Numbered from the stretch's first letter, positions 41,053 through 54,354 are shown. The stretch: DNA of 64,000 bases from Octopus vulgaris (GCA_951406725.2 OX597815.1:155310001-155374000), one strand, 5' to 3'. Numbers and translations are program-made. Notes: generated from the letters alone by a model not told the origin.

Positions 41053-41278
41053 TATTTCGTTTCATATTCGTACCGGTCTGTTAACTTTACACGTTTCATG
41101 TTATTTAGTTGAGAGCGGGTAACAATGTCAAAAGTTAAAGAAGCTCTTGTTAGTACTCTAGAAACAACATTATCGATATAATGATATTCATCGTTGCCGT
41201 CATCGTCGTCATCATCATCATCATTATTACCATCATCATCATTATGATCCGTCATTGCCACCACAGCAATTAATACCT

Positions 41279-41508
41279 ATTTCTTTATTACCCACAAGTG
41301 GCTAAACACAGAGGGGACAAACAAGGACAGACAAAGGTATTAAGTCGATTACATCGACCCCAGTGCGTAACTGGTACTTAATTTATCGACCCTGAAAGGA
41401 TGAAAGGCAAAGTCGACCTCGGCGGAATTTGAACTTAGAACGTAGCGGCAGACGAAATACCGCTAAGAATTTCGTCCAGCGTGCTAGCGACTCTGCCAGC
41501 TCGCCGCC
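41279..41508 (-). mobile_element. SINE family A flanked by a 54-bp direct repeat
   Basis: 41225-41278 and 41509-41562 are identical except at 2 positions. Confidence 0.9.
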
Positions 41509-42309
41509 TATTACCATCATCATCATTATGATCCATCATCGCCACCACAGCAATTAATACCTTCATCATTCTTGCCAATGAGGCAGCATTTATGAGACTG
41601 GTCAATTGTACTGCTAGATATAGATATCGAATATTCTTCAATATACGCTCGTGTCTTTAAAAAGAAAACAAGAAGACATTGGTATTGTTCTATGCATATA
41701 ATATTTGAAAACAGATAGAATGGTCATAGGTGGAACCCGCCTTTGATATCATAAACATGCTCGAACAAGGCTGAACTTCAGCGGCAAAACCTCTACCATC
41801 ACAACACCCTCGCAACGAACAGCCCCACCACTACTAATACTTGATATTACTGAAATGATTTCAAGCGTACTCATTACATCTCAACTGTCTGCTGTTAATT
41901 AACTTATTCAAAACCACAATATCCAGTTACATGAAATCATGTAAAGTATAGTCTCGGAGAAATCATCCGAGAAAACGAAATTAATAAAAGTTATCAAAAT
42001 ATAATTAATTAAGGAGCTCTTATCAATGCAATTTCACAGTGTCGCGAGATTTCTTACACAGTAACATATTCAGCATATTAAGTTTCACAAACGCTTAGCA
42101 ATTAGTAGAATTTTTTCTTCTATCTATCTATCTATCAATCGATCGATCGAACGATCGATCTCTCTATTAACTTATTTCTCTGCTTGTCCCCGGGTGAAAT
42201 TTTCCATTATATAATTTCATATAGCCGCCGATAGTCCAAGTGCAACCTAAGGTAAACTCTTAGATTATTTAATCCCTCTTCGCTTACGGACATATGTGTG
42301 TATATATAC

Positions 42310-42368
<59 letters not shown>

Positions 42369-42372
<4 letters not shown>

Positions 42373-42678
42373 AATATATAAATGAAAGAATAGAGATGAA
42401 CGACGATTTAACAAAATTCCTTTATTCTCGACATGTTTCGAAGGCTGCATATTCCTAATTTCGAAGGAATTATCGCTATGGACTCCGTGTGGGCAGTCAT
42501 CTAAGAGTTTTTGTTCATCTTGATGCTGACATAAGTTCCTTGTTTTTCCTGATGAGAAGGCGGCATAATGCACCCCTTATTCCTTCGAAATTAGGAATAT
42601 GCAGCCTTCGAAACATATGTCGAGAATAAAGGAATTTTGTTAAATCGTCGTTCAACTCCATTCTTTCATTTATTTGTA
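42369..42678. mobile_element. Foldback element (arms 42369-42470 / 42579-42678) next to (TA)n
   Basis: Arms are reverse complements. The right part has a full hammerhead motif; the left arm has only its 3' half. Confidence 0.88.
42544..42626 (+). ncRNA. Hammerhead ribozyme motif with canonical core and GUC cleavage triplet
   Basis: TTTTC-CTGATGA-GAAGGC..[54 nt]..GCCTTC-GAAA-CATATG-TC-GAGAA. Confidence 0.82.
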
Positions 42679-42822
42679 TTAAAAAAAAACACACAAATTT
42701 CCACACGAAAGCACGGGATCTCTGCCCTTGGCATGTAGCTTCATCCGTGTTTTTCTGACGTGAATTTGCTACCCAGGTATCGGTTAACCGAATTATCCAT
42801 ACTAAGATAATTCATCCAACTA

Positions 42823-42876
<54 letters not shown>

Positions 42877-43124
42877 TGTATGTATGTATGTAAATACCCC
42901 CAAAATAAAGAAAACACAGTGACGAAATATACTAGGTTGATGCTCAGGAAAATGGAAGTATCTACGACTTTCTTCAGAAAAGACAGATGCAGAGAGAGAG
43001 AAAAGAAGAAGAGAGGGAAAACGTGTCTGAGGTAAACAGTCGAGTCATGCTGAAATGAATGAAAGAGAGAAAAGTTAAGTTTACACACACACACACATAT
43101 ATGTATGCGTATGTGTGTGTGTAG

Positions 43125-43395
43125 GGTTACCCTTGGTTATAAGGACTCTTCGAAATATTTGAGAGTAAAATATTACTTGTGTATGCAATGGGAGAAGGTT
43201 CCATCCCTAATGTTTAAGATGTTATCTGCTGATAGTATAATGTTTAATTTTTTAGTAATACAGAGTTCACATTTGGTACTCTGTCCTCTGTATTTTTCGG
43301 CTTTAGCAATAATTTTCTATTCAAGCTGGGGTTTGCTTATTCCACCTTCTTGTAATGTCTATACCATATTTGATAAGGATGTTGCATGGTTTTTG
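43125..43395 (-). pseudogene. PLE GIY-YIG C-terminus (inverted copy)
   Basis: Minus-strand translation NHATSLSNMV*TLQEGGISKPQLE*KIIAKAEKYRGQSTKCELCITKKLNII..LNIRDGTFSHCIHK. Not in the ORF track because of stops. Confidence 0.8.
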
Positions 43396-43715
43396 AAAGC
43401 CAATGCAACTTCAGCTCCCCAAACCGCTGTCCTCTACATAGCAACTATCTCGAGAAAGAACTCGTATACAAGGCCAAGATTATGGACCCCAAAGGAATAG
43501 TAAAGACATATATCGGAATGACGGGCAACTCGTTCAAAGAAAGGTATGCACAACATCTTGAGTCATTCAGGAACAAAAGCAAAAAACATGTGACATCACT
43601 AACAAATATGATATGGAGATTGAAAGAAGATGGAATAAGCAATACCAGATAGAATGGAAAATTATTGCTACAGCCCAAAAATAAAGAGGATGGGATACTC
43701 GAATATTTCAAAGAG
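43396..43715 (+). pseudogene. PLE GIY-YIG endonuclease fragment (possibly Naiad-like)
   Basis: CNF..PNRCPL..YLEKELVYKAKI..KTYIGMTGNSFKERYAQHLESFRN...TSLTNMIWRLKEDG. Confidence 0.85.
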
Positions 43716-43717
43716 CG

Positions 43718-43795
<78 letters not shown>

Positions 43796-43801
43796 TAGAT
43801 A

Positions 43802-43864
<63 letters not shown>

Positions 43865-43872
43865 CTCTCTCA

Positions 43873-43947
<75 letters not shown>

Positions 43948-43951
<4 letters not shown>

Positions 43952-44340
43952 ATCCAAACATGAAGACACAAAGAGAAAACACAACAACGCGAGGACGTGG
44001 AACAAGTATAGTATTATTGGACGCTCAGGAAAGAAGGAGGATTTAACGTTTCGAGCGGAGCTCTTCGTCAGAAACATAGGAAAAGGAAAGATCGTTGAGA
44101 AGGTGTGAATGTCTGTGTAGGTGTAAGTGGTGGCGACACAAGTAGAAAAGTGGAAGTAGAAGAAGAAAGGTAAAAAGAAGACGCGGAAAAGTGGAAGAGT
44201 CATGGACAAATTTTTTTGACTTCCTATCACGATTACAGTGGCGTACTCCGGATGAATGGTAACAGTAATCCGTAGGTGTAAAAATCCAGGAATTGGTTAT
44301 CCAAGGCAGTCGGAAGGCCGGGGTCCGTGTGAGCGTGCGG
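43948..44340 (-). mobile_element. PLE 3'-end fragment between (TA)n tracts
   Basis: Same family as 4120-4343 and 51050-51255. Confidence 0.8.
44042..44074 (-). ncRNA. Minimal hammerhead-like motif
   Basis: TTT-CTGACGA-AGAGC tcc GCTC-GAAA-CG-TT-AAA. Confidence 0.75.
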
Positions 44341-45116
44341 TATATATATATAAATATATCACATACATATATACATGTGTGTGTGATGTGGTGTATGTGT
44401 GTATGTGTTTGTGTGTGTGTGTGTGTGTGATGAGTGTTTGAAGTGATGTACAGATATTGTATATTAAGAAAAAGGAGGCAGTCATAATATTTAGTACTTC
44501 TAGCAGAACGAGCGACTGGGTAAATATTCTCTCATTGACTCATCCAGCTAAAGACAGATCCAAGATCTCTACTTCAAAGTAATGTTGCACACTCGTTTGT
44601 GTTACAAAACCACCATGCTATAAAAGCCAAAACTTGTCCATCTGGCTGACATATCTAGAAACATGTAATGTGATTTAAATTTAATTGTACGACAAATTAT
44701 TAGTGTTTAGAACTTCAAGTGTATCCCCGTCTATATGAAATGAAACTACAAGGTACCAGTGATTACAACACTGTCACTAATCTAGTATATATACGCAGAA
44801 TTACAAATGTGAGTTACACATCTCTGGAGATTTATCAATGAAACTGGATTGTATACTTTAAATTATACGTATAACTGATATCCATCCTGTGTTAACGAAA
44901 GGCGTGTAAGATAATATAACAAAATATTTATATACAAACTTTCCTATTTAGCGTTGTTTTTATAAATTACATACATACGTACGTACACACACACATACAT
45001 ACACACACATTATATATGTGTGTGTTTGTGTGTGTGTGTGTTTTTGTGTGTGTGTATAAGAAACAAGTTAAAAATAATGGTATTCATTACATATAATTCC
45101 TTCATTAGAGTAAATT

Positions 45117-45229
45117 TGGCTTACAGCTGTTTCAAGTTGTCATTATAGATAGGTTTACTCAATTGTCTATTGATCAATTGGGGTAAACTGAACGACCTAA
45201 GAAAGTTAATGCCACTTTCATCAGAGTCA
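45117..45229 (-). ncRNA. Hammerhead-like motif with 84-nt helix II region
   Basis: TGACT-CTGATGA-AAGTGGCATTA..GTTTACCCCAATTG..CAATTGAGTAAAC..TAATGACAACTT-GAAA-CAGCTG-TA-AGCCA. Confidence 0.75.
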
Positions 45230-46418
45230 TTGCCGGAAAAAAAGAAAGAGAGAATGTCTGCGTGAGAAAGGTGGTGGATAATTTCTCGTATATTCGTATA
45301 CGATGGAATATAGTCGAAGTTATCTTCTCAACGTTCTGATTACTCTATTTGTCAATACGTAAAACAATTTGAGTCAAACACTGAATAACTATGATTGTAA
45401 CGTGTTCTTTCTCATATTACCCACTTAAACATTGATATACTGGTTTAACGAAAATTCTTAGGTGTCTTGGTCTGACACCTAGCAATGAGCTAATGACGGA
45501 AATGAGCAATCGAACCTTGGAGCCGGCAGAGAAACATTCTATCGTCTGGGTGAACTACGACTGTTTGTCGAAAACAGAGGTCACGTTGAAATATCTAAAA
45601 TAGTTGGAATTTTCTTTCTATTTATGATCTCAATACATTTAGCACTTCGCAGCTTCCTCGATCACCAAAGTAATCATTTAAATTCTCCAGACTGTTCGAA
45701 TTATTTTTTGTCTGGACGCTAACTTTCGAGACAATTCCCATACCGTATTTTTTTTGGTTTTGTTTTTGCTACTAAAAATCTTCTAACAGGTAGTTAGCTA
45801 GTTGAGAAGAATTCACTGCTACGTACCATCATTCGGTCAATCGAAGAAAGCCGTCACCTCGACTTTCTTTGATTTTATTTGCATCAACTTCAAATACATC
45901 ACCATGAACCTGAGCTGCATTTTTCTAATTCTGTAACACTGCTTGTATGGTACGAAGCCAAAATTAGATTTCACTCTATAAACAAGGCTGACGACAAACA
46001 TATATGCGTCATTTTGAACGTACAAAATCTATAACTAATTTTAATTTATAACAAAACTTCCCTTGATTGGAGAGATTTGAAGTTTTATAGAATCTACATT
46101 TTCTATAACGGTTTATATAAGCTTGGTGTAAGATAAATCTGAAACTAAATAAAACTCAAATCAAAATAGTTGGACTACAGCCCAGTTCTCTCCCTATTTT
46201 ATATACATATTTGCACACACATATATATGTATGTGAGTATGTGTGCTTATATCACATATATGGGTAGGTGTGTTTAAGTATGTTGATACATATATATATA
46301 TATATATATACGCACACACATACATACATGCAAACATACTTAGACACACATGCATACATTTATGTGTGTGTGTGTCGGTGTGTGTGTGTGTGTCGGTGTG
46401 TGTGTGTGTGTGTGTGTC

Positions 46419-46472
<54 letters not shown>

Positions 46473-46937
46473 GGTGTGTGTGTGTGTGTGTGTCGGGGTG
46501 TGTGTGTGTATGTAAGTACATTTATGTATTGTGAGTGTATGTAAGTATATTTATGTATATTGTTCTGTAGACATTTTTAGAATGACCAACACACACACAC
46601 TTACAGGGTTGCAAATTTGGGCTTTATGTATGTGCGTCTGTATGTCTTTGCATTTATTCATGAATGTGTCTGTCTGTTTATATCCTATTTTTCTTTTCAA
46701 CTCTTTTCTTTTGCTCTTCACTCTCTAAATGTTCCTTTAATCTTTTTTCTCCCTCTGTATACTCTATGTATTTCTATATATGTTTGCATATAGGTGAGTG
46801 TGCGTGTGTCTGTGTCTGTGTATCAGTGTATTTCGTGCATGTAAATGGGTATATGTGTTTGTGTGTGTGTATGTTTTGGTGTGTATACGTGTGCCTGTGT
46901 GCAATGTAAGTCTCTGAGATATTTCGGAAGATGTGAA

Positions 46938-47148
46938 TATTCTTTTCTACTCTAGGCACAAGGCCCAAAATTTGGGGGGAGAGGACAAGTCGATTAGATG
47001 GATCCCAGTACGTAACTGGTACTTAGTTTATCAACCTCGAAAGGTAAAGTCGACCTCGGTGGAATTCGAACTCGGTACATAAAGAGAAACGAAATACCGC
47101 TAAGCATTTCGCCCGATGTGCTAACGTTTCTGTCAGCTCGCCGCCTTC
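46938..47148 (-). mobile_element. SINE family A (alternative tail)
   Basis: attcttttctactctaggcacaaggccc ... cagctcgccgcctt. Confidence 0.85.
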
Positions 47149-48433
47149 AAAACGTGAATATTGAAACAAAGAAAGTGACAAAGCTGTGAAGAAGGTTAAC
47201 TGATAAGAAAAGAGCAGGAGCAGGAAGTATGGAGTATACACACAGAAAATTATAGATTTTTCAAGTATTTGTGTCAGTGTGAGAATGCTTTGTGCACTAT
47301 CTTACATATGTAAAAAGCACAAAGGATGCATTTAAAACTTGCTGATGTTTAGCAGCTTTTCATGTGTGTTTGATATTCAAGCCCGGACGAGAATACACAG
47401 TTTTCACTATAGAGCATTCTAATCGAGAATAAAGCATACTTTCTATGAGAGGTTATATGATGTGGCAATACTTAATGCTTTTAATGTACTTGGTAGTTTT
47501 ATCTGTACATTGCTGTTTATGCCTAAAGAGAATGTCATGTTGTTGTGTAGCAGTTTCTTCAGAGAGAAAAACATACCGGCTTAGATAAGAACTCTGTCAT
47601 TATATATAATTTTGTAGAGTTGTAAGAGAAAGGTGTACATGCTTCTCCAGTACAGGGGTCATTCAGGTTGGAGTCATCAGTGACTGAAACGCTATTGCGG
47701 GAAAGGAAGAAAATCAGAGAGAAAATATCGTTTTCGGGTATTGAGTTGATAGAGTGTTCATCAGAAAAAGTTCTATAAAAAGGATCCAGCTGCCAGAAAG
47801 CATTTAATCCAATTATTTTGAATCAAAAGGAGCTCGTATATGAGTAGAATATTCTACTGGTGTTTTAAGATAATAATACAAGTTTTCTCCCCAGTTCTGT
47901 TTTCCTAATTTAGTCGCAAGAGGACTGAGCGTATGTTTATTTCGTGCCTTCTCAGTCTCATTAGGTCAATGTAGTTGGCGAAAAGTTTGAACTCTTTTAA
48001 GAAAAGAAAGAATTCTAGAAGGCTACGTTTCTGAGAAGGAAACATTTCACAAATCATTTTGTATAAGATCTGAAGCGTTGAAATTGTAACAGAGATAAAA
48101 GGTAGAATTTGGTCAGTGTAGCATTTATACAGAACTAAGTCACCTGTTACTAGCCATCAGCCATAGCTGTTCTTTCTTACAAAGTGTGAATAGTAATGAC
48201 ATCCGACAATTTCCTGAGACCCCGACAATTTCTTTATACTTCTACTACAATATTTTTGGAAACAGTGTGAGGAGGAAGTGTCTACAAATAAAAAACCAAA
48301 AGACAATTAAATGGTTCCTGGTTTAATCCCACTGTTTAGCATCTTCGGCAGGTGTCTTCTACTATAGATGCAGGCCGGATAAAGCCTTGGCAATGGATTT
48401 GGTAGAGAGAAACTGAAAGAAACCCGTCGTATA

Positions 48434-48479
<46 letters not shown>

Positions 48480-49145
48480 TAAATTAGAGATAAAACCACT
48501 ATTAGGCAAATCAAACAATGAAAAACTTAAGCCAATACATAAAATGAATTAATTTAAATTATTTTAAATATATATCAAAAGTATTAAAAGATTAATAAAA
48601 GATAATGATTAAAACACTACGATCGTTTCATGGCTGTCCAATTCGTAATAATTCGAGTTATGGTTACAGTCAATCTTCAGGTGATTGAAATATCTAAAAT
48701 ATAATCAGAAATATCTAAACAATATTTTAAAGATATAAATACTCGTAATATAATAATTTTACTTATAATAAACTCTATTATCAAACTAGAAACATAGAAC
48801 TTAACAATTATGATTATATCAAAATCGACTATAATGTTAAATATTAATTTTAATTTATAAGGTAGGAAACCCACCCATAATCTAATATCGGTATTACTCT
48901 ATATCTAATTACATAAATATTTTAAAATGACTAATATATATAAATTATCAATGAAAATATATAAATGTATATAAATATTATAATTAAGATTTTAAATAAT
49001 GTCTATAAATAACTGTATATGCACATATAATAAAAACCTAATAAATTTAATTTTTCATATTTAAAGATGAAATAGCTAATTTGAAAATACAAATAAACAA
49101 ACTTAAACGAACTTTCGGAAATCTTATGTAAAATACTTTTAGAAA
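48480..49145 (-). mobile_element. Very AT-rich non-coding element between (TA)n tracts carrying a hammerhead motif
   Basis: (TA)n at 48436-48480 and 49145-49164. Hammerhead-like motif at 48615-48683. Confidence 0.6.
48615..48683 (-). ncRNA. Hammerhead-like motif with 44-nt helix II region
   Basis: CAC-CTGAAGA-TTGACTGT...ACAGCCAT-GAAA-CGATCG-TA-GTG. Confidence 0.75.
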
Positions 49146-49164
49146 TATATATATATATATATAT

Positions 49165-49388
49165 CTTTACTCTTTTACTTGTTTCAGTCATGTGACTGTG
49201 ACCATGCTGGAGCACCGCCTTTAGTCGAGTAAATCGACCCCAGGACTTACTCTTTGCAAGCCTAGTACTTATTCTATCGGTCTCTTTTGTCGAGCTGCTA
49301 AGTTACGGAGACGTAAACACACCATCGGTTGTCAAGCGATGTTGGGGGGACAAACAGAGGCACACAAACATACACACACACACACACG

Positions 49389-49440
<52 letters not shown>

Positions 49441-49528
49441 TACGACGGGTTTCTTTCAATTTCCGTCAACTAAATCCACTCCCAAGGCTTTGGTCGGCCC
49501 GAGGCTATAGTAGAAGACACAGTTGCCA

Positions 49529-49530
<2 letters not shown>
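49165..49530 (-). mobile_element. SINE family C; an opposed 3' half lies at 49620-49835 (+)
   Basis: Matches 52090-52430. Confidence 0.85.
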
Positions 49531-49603
<73 letters not shown>

Positions 49604-49988
49604 ATACTTCTGTATGTATGAGTGTGTGCCTGTGTCTATGTTTATCCCCTACCGCCACTTGACGACCAGTATTGGTGTGTTTACGTCGCCATATCTAGCA
49701 GTTCGGCAAAAAAGAACGATAGAATAAGTACCAGGCTTTAAAAAGAGTTCTGGAATCAATTCATTTGACTAAAATTTCAAGGCGGTACCCCAGCATGGCC
49801 GCAGTCTAATGACTGAAACAAGTAAAAGAATAAAAAAAGAAAAAATTACGTATGCTTGCATCCAAGCATGTATACAGACATGCATACATACTTACATAGA
49901 TACATACATACATACGTATATACATACATACATACATACATACATACATACATACATTCATACATACATACATACATACATACATACA

Positions 49989-50022
<34 letters not shown>

Positions 50023-50289
50023 CATGTATACGTACATACGTACATACATACATACGTGCGTGCATGCGTACGTACGTGAATGGGTACGTACGTGCGCGCG
50101 TGCATATATGCATGCATTCCTACATACATACATGCATGCATACATACATACGTTATATTCATAATACATACATAAAATACAAACATAGCATACATACATA
50201 CTTAAGATACATGCATACATCCATAATATACATTCATACATACATACTTAAGATACATACATAACATACATACTCTCTCTCGCTCTCTC

Positions 50290-50670
50290 TTTTACTCTTT
50301 CACTTGTTTCAGTCATTTGGCTGCGGCCATGCTGGTGCACCGCCTTTAATCGAGCAACTCGACCCCGGGACTTATTCTTTTGTAAGCCCAGTACTTATTC
50401 TATCGGTCTCTTTTGCCGAACCGCTAAGTAACGGGGACATAAACACACCAGCATCGGTTGTCAAGCAATGCTAGGGGGACAAACACAGACACACAAACAC
50501 ACACACGCATATATATATATACATATACGACAGGCTTCTTTCAGTTTCCGTCCACCAAATCCACTCACAAGGCCTTGGTCGGCTCGAAGCTATAGTAGAA
50601 GACACTTGCCCAAGGTGCCACGCAGTGGGACTGAACCCGGAACCATGTGGTAAGTAAGCAAGCTATACAT
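50290..50670 (-). mobile_element. SINE family C
   Basis: Near full-length match to 52090-52515. Confidence 0.88.
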
Positions 50671-51049
50671 ACTTACGCACATACATACATAACATACATA
50701 ACGTACATACCTACATACATACAAAACATACATACATCCATAACATACATTCATACATACACACATAAAATACATGCATACATATACAACATACATACAC
50801 ACATACATACGTACATAACATACATACATAACATACATACACAACATACATAACGTACATACCTACATATCTGGGTACATTCCTTCCTCCTGTATATTTA
50901 GATACCCTTAATAAATTTGTAATCAGTTGTGAGCAGTGTCAGTAACTAGATATCTAAATTAATGCATCGGAATACATCTTGTGCCGTTCATGTGTCTAGT
51001 TAACATTTACTTAATATATGCTATATGTACATATATATATATATATATG

Positions 51050-51250
51050 CGATCTCTTGAGCACCACCAGCAAAAATATTTTTTTCCTCTGTCTTCTCTT
51101 CTCGGGATCTTTCTTTCTCCTTGTTTCCGACGAAGAGCTCCGCTCGAAACGTTTAACCCTCCTTCCCTTCTTTCCTGAGCGTCAAATAATACTTTAATTG
51201 TTCCACGTCCTTGCGTTGCTGTGTTTTTTTCTGTGTTTTCTTGTTTGGAT

Positions 51251-51255
<5 letters not shown>
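51050..51255 (+). mobile_element. PLE 3'-end fragment between (TA)n tracts, with hammerhead-like motif at 51123-51157
   Basis: GTTT-CCGACGA-AGAGCtccGCTC-GAAA-CG-TT-TAAC. Ends ttgtttggattaact followed by (TA)n. Confidence 0.8.
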
Positions 51256-51299
<44 letters not shown>

Positions 51300-51484
51300 A
51301 CACACACACACACATATGCATATATATAGAGAGAGAGAGACAGACAGACACACACAGATAGATGAGTAGGAAAAAGACTGACTCGGCCAAAATAAATGAA
51401 TATGTGTGTGTTCGTGAGTGTGTATGTTTGTATATGTGTGTAAGTAAGATGGGAGATAGATAGATAGATAGATAGATAGGTAGG

Positions 51485-51515
<31 letters not shown>

Positions 51516-52089
51516 GTAGGTAGGTAGGTAGGTAGGTAGGTAAGTAGGTAGGTAGGTAGGTAGGTAGGTAGGTAGGTAGGTATGTAGGTAGGTAGGTAGG
51601 TAGGTAGGTAGGTAGGTAGGTAGGTAGGTAGGTAGGTAAATAGGTTTGTCCGTACATATGTATGTAGGACATGACAGGAGGATAGATTGATGGATGAATA
51701 GCTATTTCAAGATTTTGTCTCTTTTTTTCTTTGTCAATTGCGTGTAGTAAAATCGAAAATTATTCATATCTATAATCTATCTAGAAAGGAAAACAAAAGA
51801 GAAAAATATATTTAAAAGACCTGAAATTGAAATTCAGCAAACTTAATAATACCTTGAATTATTTTTAAATTCTACAGTAATTTGGATTTATAGAATTTAT
51901 TTAACGATCTACAAACATGAAATATTCTAATTTAAACCTTATCTGAAATATAGTCATCTGAGAGGAAAATTTTCTTATGAGACTATTTCTGCGACGATAA
52001 GTCTTCACGCGTCCAAGAGTACACGCACGTGTTAAATATGATTTTACAAGAGTATATTCTATCCAATGCGACTGCATGCGACTTTATAC

Positions 52090-52515
52090 TCTTTTTACTC
52101 TTTTTACTCTTTTACTCTTTTACTTGTTTCAGTCATTTGACTGCGGCCATGCTGGAGCACCGCCTTTAATCGAACAACTTGACCCCGGGGACTTATTCTT
52201 TGTAAGCCCAGTACTTATTCTATCGGTCTCTTTTTGCCGAACCGCTAAGTGACGTAGGTCATAAACACACCAGCATCGGTTGCCAAGCAATGCTAGGATG
52301 ACAAACACAGACACACAAACACACACATACATATATATATACATATATACGACGAGCTTCTTTCAGTTTCCGTCTACCAAATCCACTCACAAGGCTTTGG
52401 TCGGCCCGAGGCTATAGTAGAAGACACTTGCCCAAAGTGCTACGCAATGGGACTGAACCCGGAACCATGTGGTTGGTAAACAAGCTACTTACCACACAGC
52501 CACTCCTGCGCCTAT
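52090..52515 (-). mobile_element. SINE family C, full length (tRNA-like head, internal microsatellite, CR1-like tail)
   Basis: Minus strand: ggcgcaggagtggctgtgtggtaag...gggttcagtccc (A/B-like boxes) ... ccagcatggccgcagtcaaatgactgaaacaag(taaaagag)n. Confidence 0.9.
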
Positions 52516-53060
52516 TTATATTTATATTTTTTTTATATCGCATACTTTTATAAATTCATTCAGTTTTGCTAATTTGAAATGTTAGACTCGTCATTCAAAA
52601 AGAAAAAGAGAAAAAAAAACAATAGATGAAAAGCGGTCAATATTCCTTGCTGTTCATAATATCATGAACAGTCGTGTTTTTGTGTTGTTGTTCCTATTGT
52701 TATCATATTTGTTGTGTAGGTCCGGTCAAGGCTTATGAACTGATTTCCAGTGCAGAGGTATTCGGTGGCAGTGGGCGATAAGATGGAACCTAATAATCTA
52801 TGCTGCCGTCTTTGTTCTTCTTGTTGCTTAACCCCAGTTTAGAAATCTTTTTATGGGCATCTACGACCGCATGGTCTGACGTGTCTCTTTCTTTATTTTG
52901 AGACGATGGATGTGATTTCAGGTGACAAAATGGATTTGCCTGCTATTCTTAGCAGGCCGTGCGACCATGTAGAGGATCCCACATTCGGCCTAGACTCACA
53001 TGTCTATTTGTGTAGGATTTTGTTGGAAGAATCAAGAAATTTTAAAAATATGTTTAGTCC

Positions 53061-53114
<54 letters not shown>

Positions 53115-54309
53115 GCGCGAACACACACGCACACAAACAATAGCACATAACATATCGGATAAATATAGCCCATACACAGAAAAAAAAGTTACCAGCATTC
53201 TCCAAAGAATTGAACCACTATTCTGCCGTCCACTGGGCTGTTACCATAAACCACTGAACAGCTATGATACTCGTCTATTTTGTTAAAACAACCATATCTC
53301 ACACACTCTGCCATACTTTGTATTAACTGTATAGTAATCAGTGTAGCTGTCAGGTCGTGCTTCATTTTTAAACACCAGATATTTTTAAGGTTTGTTTATT
53401 GTGTGGTATTTCTATTTAGTGACAGCTTTAAAATTTCAAAGCTCTATATATACGCAAGAATTTACTATTTTTAATCTTTCAACTGAAGCACCTTTGTTGA
53501 TATCACTAGAACTATTTCTTATTTACAATCTGTTATCTGTTCTATGGCATATTCATTACCAAATTGGAGGATAAATTATTCTAACTTTATTGGTTTACTA
53601 TTTGTTGAATACTAAAGTAAGTCTAGCACCAACACTTAAAGAAACAGAAAAAAAATAATACTACCACATTAAAAAGGCGTGGAGAAAATAAAATAGAAGG
53701 AAATATATTATACTGTACAAGAAACTGTATGGAAAGGTCGGATTGTGAGATAAAAGTTGAGATAAGTCTGCGAGTCTGCCAACTGATATCAGAATACCAA
53801 ATTCAACAACAGTTACATATAGAGCAAATGATTACTTAAAATAGATTTGGAAAAGGATGTCATGTCTCGGGGCCAAAGTGTTACAAAAACAGGCATTAAG
53901 AGTAAATGTTAATTGCCCTACTACATTAATATAGAGATGCTTCTTATACTGACGAACGCATGCAAACTCACACAGAAACGCATGTACACGGTTATACCTG
54001 CGTGACGCTCACGCACGACACACATACGCACAAATAAACACAATCATACACACACACATATACACACACACATACACACACACACATACACACACACACA
54101 TACACACACACATATACACACACACACACATGCACACACATCGGGACATAGTCGAATATAGCTTTATATGTATGTATAAACATATAGGTAAATATAGTAT
54201 AGAAACCTCATAAGAAGATAGATGCATACATGCATATATATATATATACGTGCATACATACATTTGTATGTATAAGTATATATACATATGCATACATATA
54301 CAAGTGTGT

Positions 54310-54353
<44 letters not shown>

Positions 54354-54354
<1 letters not shown>

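Noticed and set aside
47440-48250. Possible decayed LINE coding region
   Set aside because: No RT or endonuclease motif recovered in manual translation.
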